This document shows, in pieces, positions 45,734-54,539 of a stretch of DNA of 64,000 bases. Position numbers and translations under genes: made by a program. The stretch covers positions 5,329-69,328 of the forward strand of contig SLNP01000015.1 in NCBI GenBank assembly GCA_007132995.1. Direction: 5' to 3'. The notes under the pieces are model-generated. The model saw nothing but the letters and a program-made list of their open reading frames with translations, searched no databases and was not told where the DNA came from. The stretch's first letter is position 1. Each line of letters begins with the position of its first letter. Source of the DNA: Bacteroidales bacterium (GTDB taxonomy: Bacteria; Bacteroidota; Bacteroidia; Bacteroidales; VadinHA17).

Positions 45734-47506
45734 CTATCTGCCACTGATCAGTCTCGCTACAGGATAGATGTTTGAAGAGGTAATAACATCTGACTGGGGA
45801 ACCTGATCATATATGAACTGAAGCTGGGCCACGGGGTCGTTGGCAAAATCTTCATCCTGCTCCATACGCCTTTCAAACAGCTCTCTCAGCTCTTCACTAT
45901 CCTGTAGCATATCGTAAGCGTGGCTTTCAAAGCCCCATATTGAGAAGAACTCTCCACCCTCTAGCGAGGAGGTGAAAAACCCCCATCTGAAAAATGAAGC
46001 AGGAGCCTCCGGCTCAAGCATATGGACAATATAGTTGTTTGATCTCTGGTTAACATATATTACCGCATCTCCTCTGTAAAACTGTCTTGCACCAAACTCT
46101 TTATCAAAATTGGCGTTATTGATTAGAAATCTTCCCTGAGTGGGTCTCTGAGAATACTGCGGATTGGAGACTAAAATAGACTCAACATTGATAACAGTAT
46201 CTCTTTCAAGATAGTGAACCTCTACTCCGTTGGCGATCATCCGTTCTGTAATATCTCCCCAGGCATGTGGTATTATATAGGCGTCGGGAGCCTCTACCTC
46301 AATACGGGGGGTGAAATAGTTGTAGAATGGTATAGTGTCACTCCACTTCCTGTCATAATGGTAGTGAGTTGTTAAACGGTTGGTTATAGGTGAGCGCACC
46401 TGCTCGGTTTCGTATCCTTTGAAAAGGATGTTGTCATAACTGGTCCTGTCAAGGCTCCAGTCGAGCACAAAGCTCTTTTTGGTTTTTGTGTATTCTATGC
46501 CCTCTCTCCTGAGCTCTGTTATCTTCCGGCTGTTCTCATTTGTATACGCTGCCAGAAACCGCATGAAATCAAGAGTAGATCTTACCCTGTCGGGGAAAGG
46601 CTTATGTACCAGATTCTCTGTCATAAAGCCGAATGTATTGAACAAGACGGTGTATCCGGTCGAGTAGTATGGGTGATCGTTAAAGGCGGTAATGCCGGAA
46701 CGGATACCCCTTCTTCCAGCTGTCTGAACATAGGGTACCATGCCCCATGGAGTTTCATTATTCATCCTTTCATACAGGCTGGCAACCATCTCCTCTCTGA
46801 AAAAGCTATCCATACCAGTTGGTAGCTTCTGATGCATGGTGGGAATGAGGGTCATAGTGAACTGGTGATCGGAGCCATTTGTGGTATGGGTGTCAAGGAA
46901 TACATCGGGGTCGAGGTAATGAAATATTTCGGCGAATGAGAAGGCGTTTCTTGAATCCTTCTTTACGAAGTCACGGTTGAGGTCCAGATTTCTGGCGTTC
47001 CTTCTGGCCCCTTTGTAGATAGGCCCGTCCTGGTTAAGGCGATAAAACCTGCTCCTGTTGAGCGAACCTCCAATGTTGTATAGAGGAATAATTGCAATTA
47101 CCGTGTTCTCAAGCACCCTGCCTACTCCCTCTTTATCCTGAAGAACCTCCATGGCAAACTCAATGGAGGCGTCTATACCTACCGGCTCACCCGAATGAAT
47201 ACCATTGTTTATTAGCAAGATACTCTTACCTCTTCTCTTAATGGTCTCCGGATCAAATATCCGGTTGCCCGATATCATGAAGAGATGAAGAGGCTTCCCA
47301 ACATCTGTCATGCCCATCTCGAATAGTTCTGCCCTGCTGTAGTGATCTGCCAGCTTACTGTAGGCCTCTATAACCTCATGGTAATCAAGGCTTATGTTCT
47401 CGTCATAACGGAGCTCTATTACCGGCTCTCCCTTTTTGCCGCAGGATACCACTGCCATTAAGGTGGCCGCTATCGCCAATATTTTTATTCTGCCTGCCAT
47501 ATCCAT
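45734..47506 (-). CDS. M14-family metallocarboxypeptidase-like lipoprotein (third M14 gene in the window, distinct subfamily)
   Basis: 590 aa. It has a lipobox VVSCGK and the motifs HSGEPVG (HxxE), LNRDF, DTHTTNG and FMTE. Confidence 0.7.
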   Translation of the reverse strand: MDMAGRIKILAIAATLMAVVSCGKKGEPVIELRYDENISLDYHEVIEAYSKLADHYSRAELFEMGMTDVGKPLHLFMISGNRIFDPETIKRRGKSILLINNGIHSGEPVGIDASIEFAMEVLQDKEGVGRVLENTVIAIIPLYNIGGSLNRSRFYRLNQDGPIYKGARRNARNLDLNRDFVKKDSRNAFSFAEIFHYLDPDVFLDTHTTNGSDHQFTMTLIPTMHQKLPTGMDSFFREEMVASLYERMNNETPWGMVPYVQTAGRRGIRSGITAFNDHPYYSTGYTVLFNTFGFMTENLVHKPFPDRVRSTLDFMRFLAAYTNENSRKITELRREGIEYTKTKKSFVLDWSLDRTSYDNILFKGYETEQVRSPITNRLTTHYHYDRKWSDTIPFYNYFTPRIEVEAPDAYIIPHAWGDITERMIANGVEVHYLERDTVINVESILVSNPQYSQRPTQGRFLINNANFDKEFGARQFYRGDAVIYVNQRSNNYIVHMLEPEAPASFFRWGFFTSSLEGGEFFSIWGFESHAYDMLQDSEELRELFERRMEQDEDFANDPVAQLQFIYDQVPQSDVITSSNIYPVARLISGR

Positions 47507-47597
47507 CTATTTTTTATTATAAAGATACTACTGCCTCTACAGGATTTTTGCTGCGCAAATTAAACAAAAAGAGGTTGCGTGGTAACCATTATGTATC

Positions 47598-48458
47598 TTA
47601 AACATATTTATTTTTGGCGGTTATGTTGGCTGCCAACTCCTCCCTTAAATAGTCTGAAAAGGAGGCTTTGTGATCTGATATTATACCAGCCAATCTGTTT
47701 GTGAGGCTGTAAAGATTGTCCGGTTCAGATAGCAGCCAGCCTCTTATCATTTCGATCACCTCCCTGCGCCTGATCCTGTCGGGATTGCGGTTGCCTGAAA
47801 AGAAGCGTTCTGTTATAAGATATCTCTCTCTTTGTTGCCTGGCGAACTCCCCCATATATCCATAAACCCTCTGCAGGTTACTGTGGCGTAAACTTGCGTT
47901 TATTAAGATCTGGTCGCGGTCGCTCTCCGGGTCCAGCCCTCTTTTAAGGCTTATTGCAATATGCCTGCATATGCCTGTGTAGCCGAATGAGTCGACATCG
48001 TCGGCTACCGACACAACTGACGCCAGTGAAGAAGGGGGGTGGTGCTCTAAATACCTTTTATCATCATGATACCTGATAGCCTCGGCCACCTGCCCTGCGA
48101 TCTTCTCATTTACCCCTTCGGCTTCCATGAATTTGAGGGATATACGGGCTCCCTCCTCTCCATGCATCTTACCTATAACATTGGTGAGTCCAGTGTCGTG
48201 AAAGAGGGAGGCTATGATAAGGCTTATAATAAAATGGGATTCGAAACTGACCCCTCTCCCGGCCATAAGCAGAGCCAGATTGAGCGAATTGAAGCAGACC
48301 CTCTCGTGATGATCGAAGCCATGCGAAGGTATGCCCCTGCATAAATCTTCGTTCCGGTAGTATAGGTACGCTCTCTCTCTGTAGCGTGGATATTGTCTGG
48401 AAAAGAGCTCTGCCATGGCGCCGGCAGACATACCCTGTCCCAGCCCCTGTGTGATCAT
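47598..48458 (-). CDS. HD-domain phosphohydrolase-family protein
   Basis: 286 aa with GFDHHERV...LFHDTG...YHDD...ADDVD. Confidence 0.6.
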   Translation of the reverse strand: MITQGLGQGMSAGAMAELFSRQYPRYRERAYLYYRNEDLCRGIPSHGFDHHERVCFNSLNLALLMAGRGVSFESHFIISLIIASLFHDTGLTNVIGKMHGEEGARISLKFMEAEGVNEKIAGQVAEAIRYHDDKRYLEHHPPSSLASVVSVADDVDSFGYTGICRHIAISLKRGLDPESDRDQILINASLRHSNLQRVYGYMGEFARQQRERYLITERFFSGNRNPDRIRRREVIEMIRGWLLSEPDNLYSLTNRLAGIISDHKASFSDYLREELAANITAKNKYV

Positions 48459-48826
48459 GGAATCATACTTTCAGCAATCTCTAGTATCGTAGTGTCATCG
48501 AAAGTTACAAGTCCCCCTCCCGGACCCTGCTGAATGTGAATACCGGCACTTTTGCCCCGGTCAAAATTCCATCCTCCAAAATAGTTCCTTACTGTATCTT
48601 CTTCAATTTTAAGCCGGTCAGCGATTATCTTCACGCTGCCGGCAGGTAAGCTGTCTTTGATCTTGCGCAGCTCATTAAAGGTCATTGTCCTGGCCATATC
48701 GTCAATTCTGTTAAACATATACTGAGTAAAAAATGTACACTCCCAAAGATAGTAAAACCGCAGATCGAAAAAAAGTTTAACCTCCTTTTGAGAGACCATA
48801 AAAGATTCCATGTTGCTCTGTTGCAC
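48455..48826 (-). CDS. Small hypothetical protein with an HTH-like segment; start uncertain
   Basis: The conserved-looking part is MARTMTFNELRKIKDSLPAGSVKIIADRLKIEEDTVRNYFGG... An alternative start is ATG 48697. It has a 4-nt overlap with the HD gene. Confidence 0.4.
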   Translation of the reverse strand: MQQSNMESFMVSQKEVKLFFDLRFYYLWECTFFTQYMFNRIDDMARTMTFNELRKIKDSLPAGSVKIIADRLKIEEDTVRNYFGGWNFDRGKSAGIHIQQGPGGGLVTFDDTTILEIAESMIP

Positions 48827-50247
48827 TATTTTTTTCCCTGCTCCCCTCTCACCACATCCACATATAGCTGGCCGGTCTCTTCCCTTCGTACTTTTATGTC
48901 AGAACCCTTGTCGATAAAACCATACTCTGCCTTTGCATCATATATCTGATTGTCAATAATTACCTTTCCTGATGGCCTGAGAGATGTATGCGCGGTTCCA
49001 ACCATTCCAACCACAGAGCTCTGTCGCCCTTTGTCGAAGCTTATGTAGCCCTTGTCGGTCTCCTGAATTGTCTGTAGTGTCAGGGTTCCCAGTATGCTGC
49101 TGGGGCCCAGTAATCTGCGTGTAAGCCACAGGCTGCCGATAAAGGCCACTATCATAGATGAGAGGACTATTGAAAGTGCCATAAACATCTCGGTAATTCC
49201 GGTGTCTATCCGGTCGGTGTTCCAGGTTATCTTATCGGCCATACTGATGGTTAGCCCAGTGATTATGGCTACAATACCTGCCACGCCCGAAACTCCAAAT
49301 CCCGGAATAGCAAATAGCTCAATGGCCAGCAGGATAATACCTGCCACAAAAAGCACTATTGGCCAGTTGGAGGCGATACCTTCAAGGTAGAGTGGAGCGA
49401 AATAGAGAATGGCTGCCGCAATGGCTGCCATGATGGGAAATCCCACACCGGGCGATTGCAATTCAAAATAGATCCCCCCCACAATCAGTATAATGAGTAG
49501 CCCGGAGACAATCGGGTTGAGAAAGAAGAGAATAACATTCTCGAGAGTGGTGGGTGTATACCTGACTATAGTGTAGTCTCTTATACCCGCCTTTTCAAGT
49601 AGTTCTGAAATACTGAGAGCTTCGCCTTCGCAAAAACCGTATCTGATAGCCTCTCCGGTTGTAAGGGTAAGAACCTCTCCTGTGTCAGTAATACCCTCAA
49701 TATATACCCTTGGGTCTACCATGGCCTGAGCTATGTTCGGATCCCGGTGCCAGACCATGAGAGTATCTTCATCGGTTATTCTGATCTTTTTGCCATGAGC
49801 CTCTGCGGTAGATCTCATAACACTTCTCATGAATGACTGATACTTGTCGGGCACCTCTTGCCCCACTCCGTCAACTACAGTGGCGGCCCCTATCGAAGCT
49901 CCCGGTCTCATGTATATGCTGTCGGCGGCTATTGATATCAGAGCACCGGCCGATATAGCCTGATTATCTATAAATACAAATACCGGGATGTCTGAGTTAA
50001 GAATCTTTGTGCGTATAGAGTCGGCAATATCAACCTGGCCTCCATAGGTGTTCATGTGAACCACTATGTAGTCTGCCCCCACCTCTTCAGCCTCCTCAAA
50101 GGCTTTCTGAGTTGTTCTCCATATCGGGTTCGCTATCATTCTCTTAATGTCAAAAACATATACGGTGCCTGTTCCCTCATCTCCGCGCGACTCGTGATGG
50201 AATACCGTTGCGAATAAAAGAATCGTCAATAGTTTTATCAGCCTCAT
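48826..50247 (-). CDS. NfeD-family membrane protein (ClpP-like protease domain + TM region + C-terminal OB/NfeD domain)
   Basis: The start is trimmed to MRLIKLLTILLFATVF. The ClpP-like region contains NTYGGQVD...AISAGALI. It has 4-5 TM helices and the C-terminal segment GTAHTSLRPSGKVIIDNQIYDA. Confidence 0.7.
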   Translation of the reverse strand: MRLIKLLTILLFATVFHHESRGDEGTGTVYVFDIKRMIANPIWRTTQKAFEEAEEVGADYIVVHMNTYGGQVDIADSIRTKILNSDIPVFVFIDNQAISAGALISIAADSIYMRPGASIGAATVVDGVGQEVPDKYQSFMRSVMRSTAEAHGKKIRITDEDTLMVWHRDPNIAQAMVDPRVYIEGITDTGEVLTLTTGEAIRYGFCEGEALSISELLEKAGIRDYTIVRYTPTTLENVILFFLNPIVSGLLIILIVGGIYFELQSPGVGFPIMAAIAAAILYFAPLYLEGIASNWPIVLFVAGIILLAIELFAIPGFGVSGVAGIVAIITGLTISMADKITWNTDRIDTGITEMFMALSIVLSSMIVAFIGSLWLTRRLLGPSSILGTLTLQTIQETDKGYISFDKGRQSSVVGMVGTAHTSLRPSGKVIIDNQIYDAKAEYGFIDKGSDIKVRREETGQLYVDVVRGEQGKK

Positions 50248-50291
50248 AACATATATTTTAAAGGTGAACGGGATCTCTCCACTCAAGCTCT

Positions 50292-51047
50292 TTATAGTCT
50301 GCCAAGATAGTCGAAAAAGAGTTTCATGGCCTCCATCTTTATGCTATCCAGCGAATAATCAATATTCTCTCTTATATATCGTGTAACTTCACTGTCACTA
50401 ACACCGGGCAAGTTGTTCAACTCACTTACTGCCTGTTCACTATTCTCTATGCCCCTTGCAATATCATTGATGAACTCCTTTATGAATTGTTTCTCCGGTC
50501 TCTCTGCAGATACCCAGCAGGCATAGATAAACGGGAGCCCTGTAAGGTCAGTCCACTCTTCACCGAGGTCATAGCTGTATTGAAATTTCCCCTCCATGCT
50601 GAAGCAACTGTCACCAATAATCAATACACCATCTCTATCTGAAATATCGAGCGGATTAAAGCCCGGCTCTGTATTCATCCATTCATATTTGCGTTTCCAG
50701 TGGTGTTTTGCAATTACCTTTATCAGCCTTACCGAAGTTACAGACCTGTAGTCAAGATATATTCGCTCTATTTTATCGGCCGGTAAAGCTGAGAACAGGG
50801 TTACCGTTCTCACCTTTCCGTAAGATCCTATACAGTGCTCTCCAAAGATGTGGTAAGTTGGCAGTCCCGGAATTGCAGCAATGGGAAGCAGCCCGGCAAA
50901 TGCCCTCCCGCTCCTTACCGCTTGGGGAATGGCTGAAGGATGAGTGAGCCGGAGATCTGAATATTTTGATGTCTCACCATTCATTATGCCCCAGTTCAGC
51001 GGATAGCTGTTGGCAAAAGAGACGCTGTATATGGAGACCCTTTTCAT
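50292..51047 (-). CDS. mqnA: Chorismate dehydratase MqnA (futalosine pathway, step 1)
   Basis: 251 aa. The N-terminus VSIYSVSFANSYPLNWGI and the periplasmic-binding-protein-like layout are typical of MqnA (from memory). Confidence 0.6.
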   Translation of the reverse strand: MKRVSIYSVSFANSYPLNWGIMNGETSKYSDLRLTHPSAIPQAVRSGRAFAGLLPIAAIPGLPTYHIFGEHCIGSYGKVRTVTLFSALPADKIERIYLDYRSVTSVRLIKVIAKHHWKRKYEWMNTEPGFNPLDISDRDGVLIIGDSCFSMEGKFQYSYDLGEEWTDLTGLPFIYACWVSAERPEKQFIKEFINDIARGIENSEQAVSELNNLPGVSDSEVTRYIRENIDYSLDSIKMEAMKLFFDYLGRL

Positions 51048-51220
51048 ATGCTTAGCCAGTTGTACCGAGATAAAAAAGGTGAAGCATAATGGTTGTCTGC
51101 TACATCTTGTTTGGCAAAAATGACCCTGCTAAATTACTTCTTAATTTTTTTACACCTGCTTAAAAAGAGTATTTTTGTCAAATATTTAAGCTGTTGCATC
51201 GTCAACCAAAGAGTGCTTTT

Positions 51221-52564
51221 ATGGATATCTGCAATTTGACAGCAATCTCCCCGATAGACGGAAGATACAGGGGTAAAACGGCCGGTTTGAGCCGTTATTT
51301 TTCAGAGTATGCCCTTATAAAATATAGAATACATGTTGAGGTGGAGTATTTTATTTCGCTTTGCGAAACCGGACTGCCGGGAGTTGACGATTTTGACAGG
51401 GAGTCATACCCAATTTTGAGGGATATCGTCTCCGGCTTCTCTGTCGGAGATGCCGAACGGGTAAAGGAGATAGAGAGAAGAACCAATCATGATATAAAGG
51501 CTGTAGAATACTACCTTAAAGATCTGTTCAGAGAGCATGGACTGGGTAGCTGGGTTGAGTTTATTCACTTTGGCCTTACCTCGCAGGACATCAATAATAC
51601 CGCTGTTCCGCTTTCGCTTATGGAGTATATGGAAGAGCACTATAAACCTCAGCTGTTTGAGGTGAGGGAGCGGCTGGCCACCCTGGCAGATGAGTGGAAA
51701 GATGTTCCGATGCTTTCCCGTACCCACGGACAGCCCGCTTCCCCTACGCGGGTAGGAAAGGAGATTGCTGTATTTGTTTCCCGCATTGATGAACAGCTGA
51801 GACAACTGAATACCGTCCCTTTCTCAGCCAAGTTTGGTGGTGCTTCGGGCAATATGAATGCCCATGTGGCAGCCTATCCTCAATATGACTGGAATGGTTT
51901 TGCCAACCGATTCGTTAATGACACCCTGGGGCTGCATCGCTCATATCCGACTACACAGATTGAACATTACGATAATCTGGCTTCACTTTTCGATTGTATG
52001 CGGCGAATAAACACCATTATGACCGATATGGCAAGAGATTTCTGGACCTATATCTCTCTTGACTATTTTGGCCAGAAGATAAAGGCCGGTGAAGTGGGAT
52101 CTTCCGCTATGCCTCATAAGGTTAATCCGATAGATTTTGAAAATGCAGAGGGTAATCTTGGCGTCGCCAATTCACTTCTCTCGTTTATGGCAGATAAGCT
52201 TCCCGTATCGAGGCTTCAGAGAGACCTTACCGATTCTACGGTGTTGCGCAATATCGGTGTTCCTGCCGCACATATCACGGTGGCCTTCGGTTCATTGCTT
52301 CGTGGGCTCAATAAGATTACCCTCAATATTGAAAGGCTTGAGCATGATCTTGAGAGTAACTGGGCCGTTGTGGCTGAAGCGCTGCAAACTATTTTGAGAA
52401 GGGAGAGGTATCCCGAACCATATGAAGCGCTCAAGGCGCTTACCAGAACCGGTGACAGGATTGACGAAACTACAATTGCCAACTTTATAGATAGTATAGA
52501 AGTCAGCGAGAGGGTTAAGGAGGAGATGATGTCTGTTACCCCTTTCAACTATACGGGCATCTGA
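51221..52564 (+). CDS. purB: Adenylosuccinate lyase
   Basis: Motifs ISPIDGRYR, TSQDINN and the signature GSSAMPHKVNP. The start is trimmed from TTG 51194 to ATG 51221. Confidence 0.9.
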   Translation: MDICNLTAISPIDGRYRGKTAGLSRYFSEYALIKYRIHVEVEYFISLCETGLPGVDDFDRESYPILRDIVSGFSVGDAERVKEIERRTNHDIKAVEYYLKDLFREHGLGSWVEFIHFGLTSQDINNTAVPLSLMEYMEEHYKPQLFEVRERLATLADEWKDVPMLSRTHGQPASPTRVGKEIAVFVSRIDEQLRQLNTVPFSAKFGGASGNMNAHVAAYPQYDWNGFANRFVNDTLGLHRSYPTTQIEHYDNLASLFDCMRRINTIMTDMARDFWTYISLDYFGQKIKAGEVGSSAMPHKVNPIDFENAEGNLGVANSLLSFMADKLPVSRLQRDLTDSTVLRNIGVPAAHITVAFGSLLRGLNKITLNIERLEHDLESNWAVVAEALQTILRRERYPEPYEALKALTRTGDRIDETTIANFIDSIEVSERVKEEMMSVTPFNYTGI

Positions 52565-52657
52565 ATAACTTACCTCCTGAACAGATCATATCCGGAATTT
52601 ATCGGCTTCAGGATGTGATTTTTAATATCACTGTTATAACATAAATCTGAGAGTCCT

Positions 52658-54478
52658 GTGGGAAACATAAAGACACTTCTGAGGTTCATAAAGCCATACA
52701 GGCTGGCAGTATTTAATAATTTTGCCTTTAATATCCTGAGCGCTCTTTTTTCGCTATTTACCCTTACGCTTGTTCTCCCCTTCCTCAATATTCTCTTTCA
52801 GCGCGTTGAACCTGCCCTGCATCCGGGTAGCTTTAATCTTTCAGTAGAGTATCTGGGAAGCTATGTAAACTACCTTCTTCACACAATTGTGGTACGATAT
52901 GGTCCGGCAGGATCGCTGCTCTTTGTGGGTCTTATCGTTATGGTGGCAAGTCTCTTTAAAAACGGGTTTATATTCCTTGCCAATAACAATATGGCCTATG
53001 TCAGGTCTGCAACAGTAAGAGATCTGCGTGAAAAGCTTTACTGCAAGGTGTTGAAACTCCCGCTGAGCTACTTCACCGAGGCAAGGAAGGGAGATGTTAT
53101 GACAAGAGTCTCTAATGATGTTCAGGAGATAGAGACCTCCGTCATGGCTTCACTAACTATGCTTTTCAGAGATCCGTTCTACATTATTGTTTACCTGACC
53201 TTCCTCTTTACCCAGAGCTATCAGCTTACCCTCTTTGCCCTTATGTTGTTGCCGGTCAGTGGCTGGTTTATAGGTAAAATAACCAGAAAGCTCAGAATGG
53301 CCAGCTTCGAGGGGCAACAAAATCTGGGCAGACTGCTCTCTGTCATCGAAGAGACCCTGAGCGGTCTCCGCATAGTTAAGGGCTTTAATGCGGAAAACCG
53401 GATGAAGGCGAAATTCAGTACCATCAACGAAAGATATTCCAAAATATTCAGGCGCGTTATCAGGAAGAACTACCTGGCATCACCCCTTAGTGAGTTTTTA
53501 AGTACCACAGTCGTTATGCTGCTGATGTATACAGGAGGAACCCTCGTACTCAGCAGCGCAGACAGAATGACTCCTGAAACGCTTATACTCTTTATTCTGG
53601 TGTTTTCACAAATTATTCCCCATGCCAAAGCCTTAACAACAGGTTGGTTCGCCATACAGAAAGGGATGGCCTCTGTTGACCGTATCGACAAGCTGCTTGA
53701 GGCCGACGACAGAATATTTGAGAAACCCGATGCAGTTACCCTCAATGGGTTCAACAATAGCATAGAGTTCAGGGATGTGTGGTTTGCATATAACCACGAA
53801 CCTGTACTTAAAGATGTAAAGCTTCGTATCGGTAAGGGCGAAACGGTGGCTCTGGTTGGAAGATCGGGGGGTGGGAAATCGACCCTTGTAGACCTTATTC
53901 CCAGGTTTATTGATGTTCAGAGAGGCTCTGTCATGATAGATGGCATTGATGTAAGAGATCTTAAAATAAGGGGGCTGCGCTCAATGATGGGTATAGTTAG
54001 CCAGACTCCCATACTCTTTAATGCATCGTTTGCAGAAAACATCGCTTTCAGCGTCGATTCGGCTACCATGGAAGAGGTTGAAAGGGCGGCCAGAATAGCC
54101 AATGCGCATAATTTTATTATGGAGAGTGAACAAGGCTACGAGACAGCAGTGGGAGAGGGGGGTAGCAAACTTAGTGGCGGCCAGCGTCAGCGCATAAGTA
54201 TAGCCAGAGCGATACTTGCAAACCCGCCGATCCTAATTCTTGATGAGGCCACCTCCTCGCTCGATACCGAGTCGGAAAAGCTGGTACAGGAGGCAATAAT
54301 AAACCTTATGGCCAACAGGACATCGGTAGTTATAGCACACCGCCTCTCTACAGTACAGCACGCAGACAACATTGTCGTTATTGAAGAGGGAAGGATAGAA
54401 GAGAGAGGCACCCACAGTGAACTTATGAAGATAGAGAACGGCCTCTACCGAAAACTGCACGATATGCAAATCCTGTAG
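52658..54478 (+). CDS. ABC exporter, fused permease/ATPase (MsbA-like)
   Basis: 606 aa. A 6-TM domain is followed by Walker A GRSGGGKST, the signature LSGGQRQR and Walker B ILILDEATS. Confidence 0.85.
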   Translation: MGNIKTLLRFIKPYRLAVFNNFAFNILSALFSLFTLTLVLPFLNILFQRVEPALHPGSFNLSVEYLGSYVNYLLHTIVVRYGPAGSLLFVGLIVMVASLFKNGFIFLANNNMAYVRSATVRDLREKLYCKVLKLPLSYFTEARKGDVMTRVSNDVQEIETSVMASLTMLFRDPFYIIVYLTFLFTQSYQLTLFALMLLPVSGWFIGKITRKLRMASFEGQQNLGRLLSVIEETLSGLRIVKGFNAENRMKAKFSTINERYSKIFRRVIRKNYLASPLSEFLSTTVVMLLMYTGGTLVLSSADRMTPETLILFILVFSQIIPHAKALTTGWFAIQKGMASVDRIDKLLEADDRIFEKPDAVTLNGFNNSIEFRDVWFAYNHEPVLKDVKLRIGKGETVALVGRSGGGKSTLVDLIPRFIDVQRGSVMIDGIDVRDLKIRGLRSMMGIVSQTPILFNASFAENIAFSVDSATMEEVERAARIANAHNFIMESEQGYETAVGEGGSKLSGGQRQRISIARAILANPPILILDEATSSLDTESEKLVQEAIINLMANRTSVVIAHRLSTVQHADNIVVIEEGRIEERGTHSELMKIENGLYRKLHDMQIL

Positions 54479-54539
54479 AGGCCGCTTCCCTGCTTTTTGC
54501 CTGTCCACCACTATAATTAGTGGCAGAGTTCAGTTGCCC

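Noticed and set aside
54508-54523. Hairpin CCACTAtaatTAGTGG between the convergent ABC exporter and acylase genes as a terminator.
   Set aside because: The stem is only 6 bp (9 with a bulge), it is AT-rich, and it has no flanking T-run. This is too weak to annotate as a feature.
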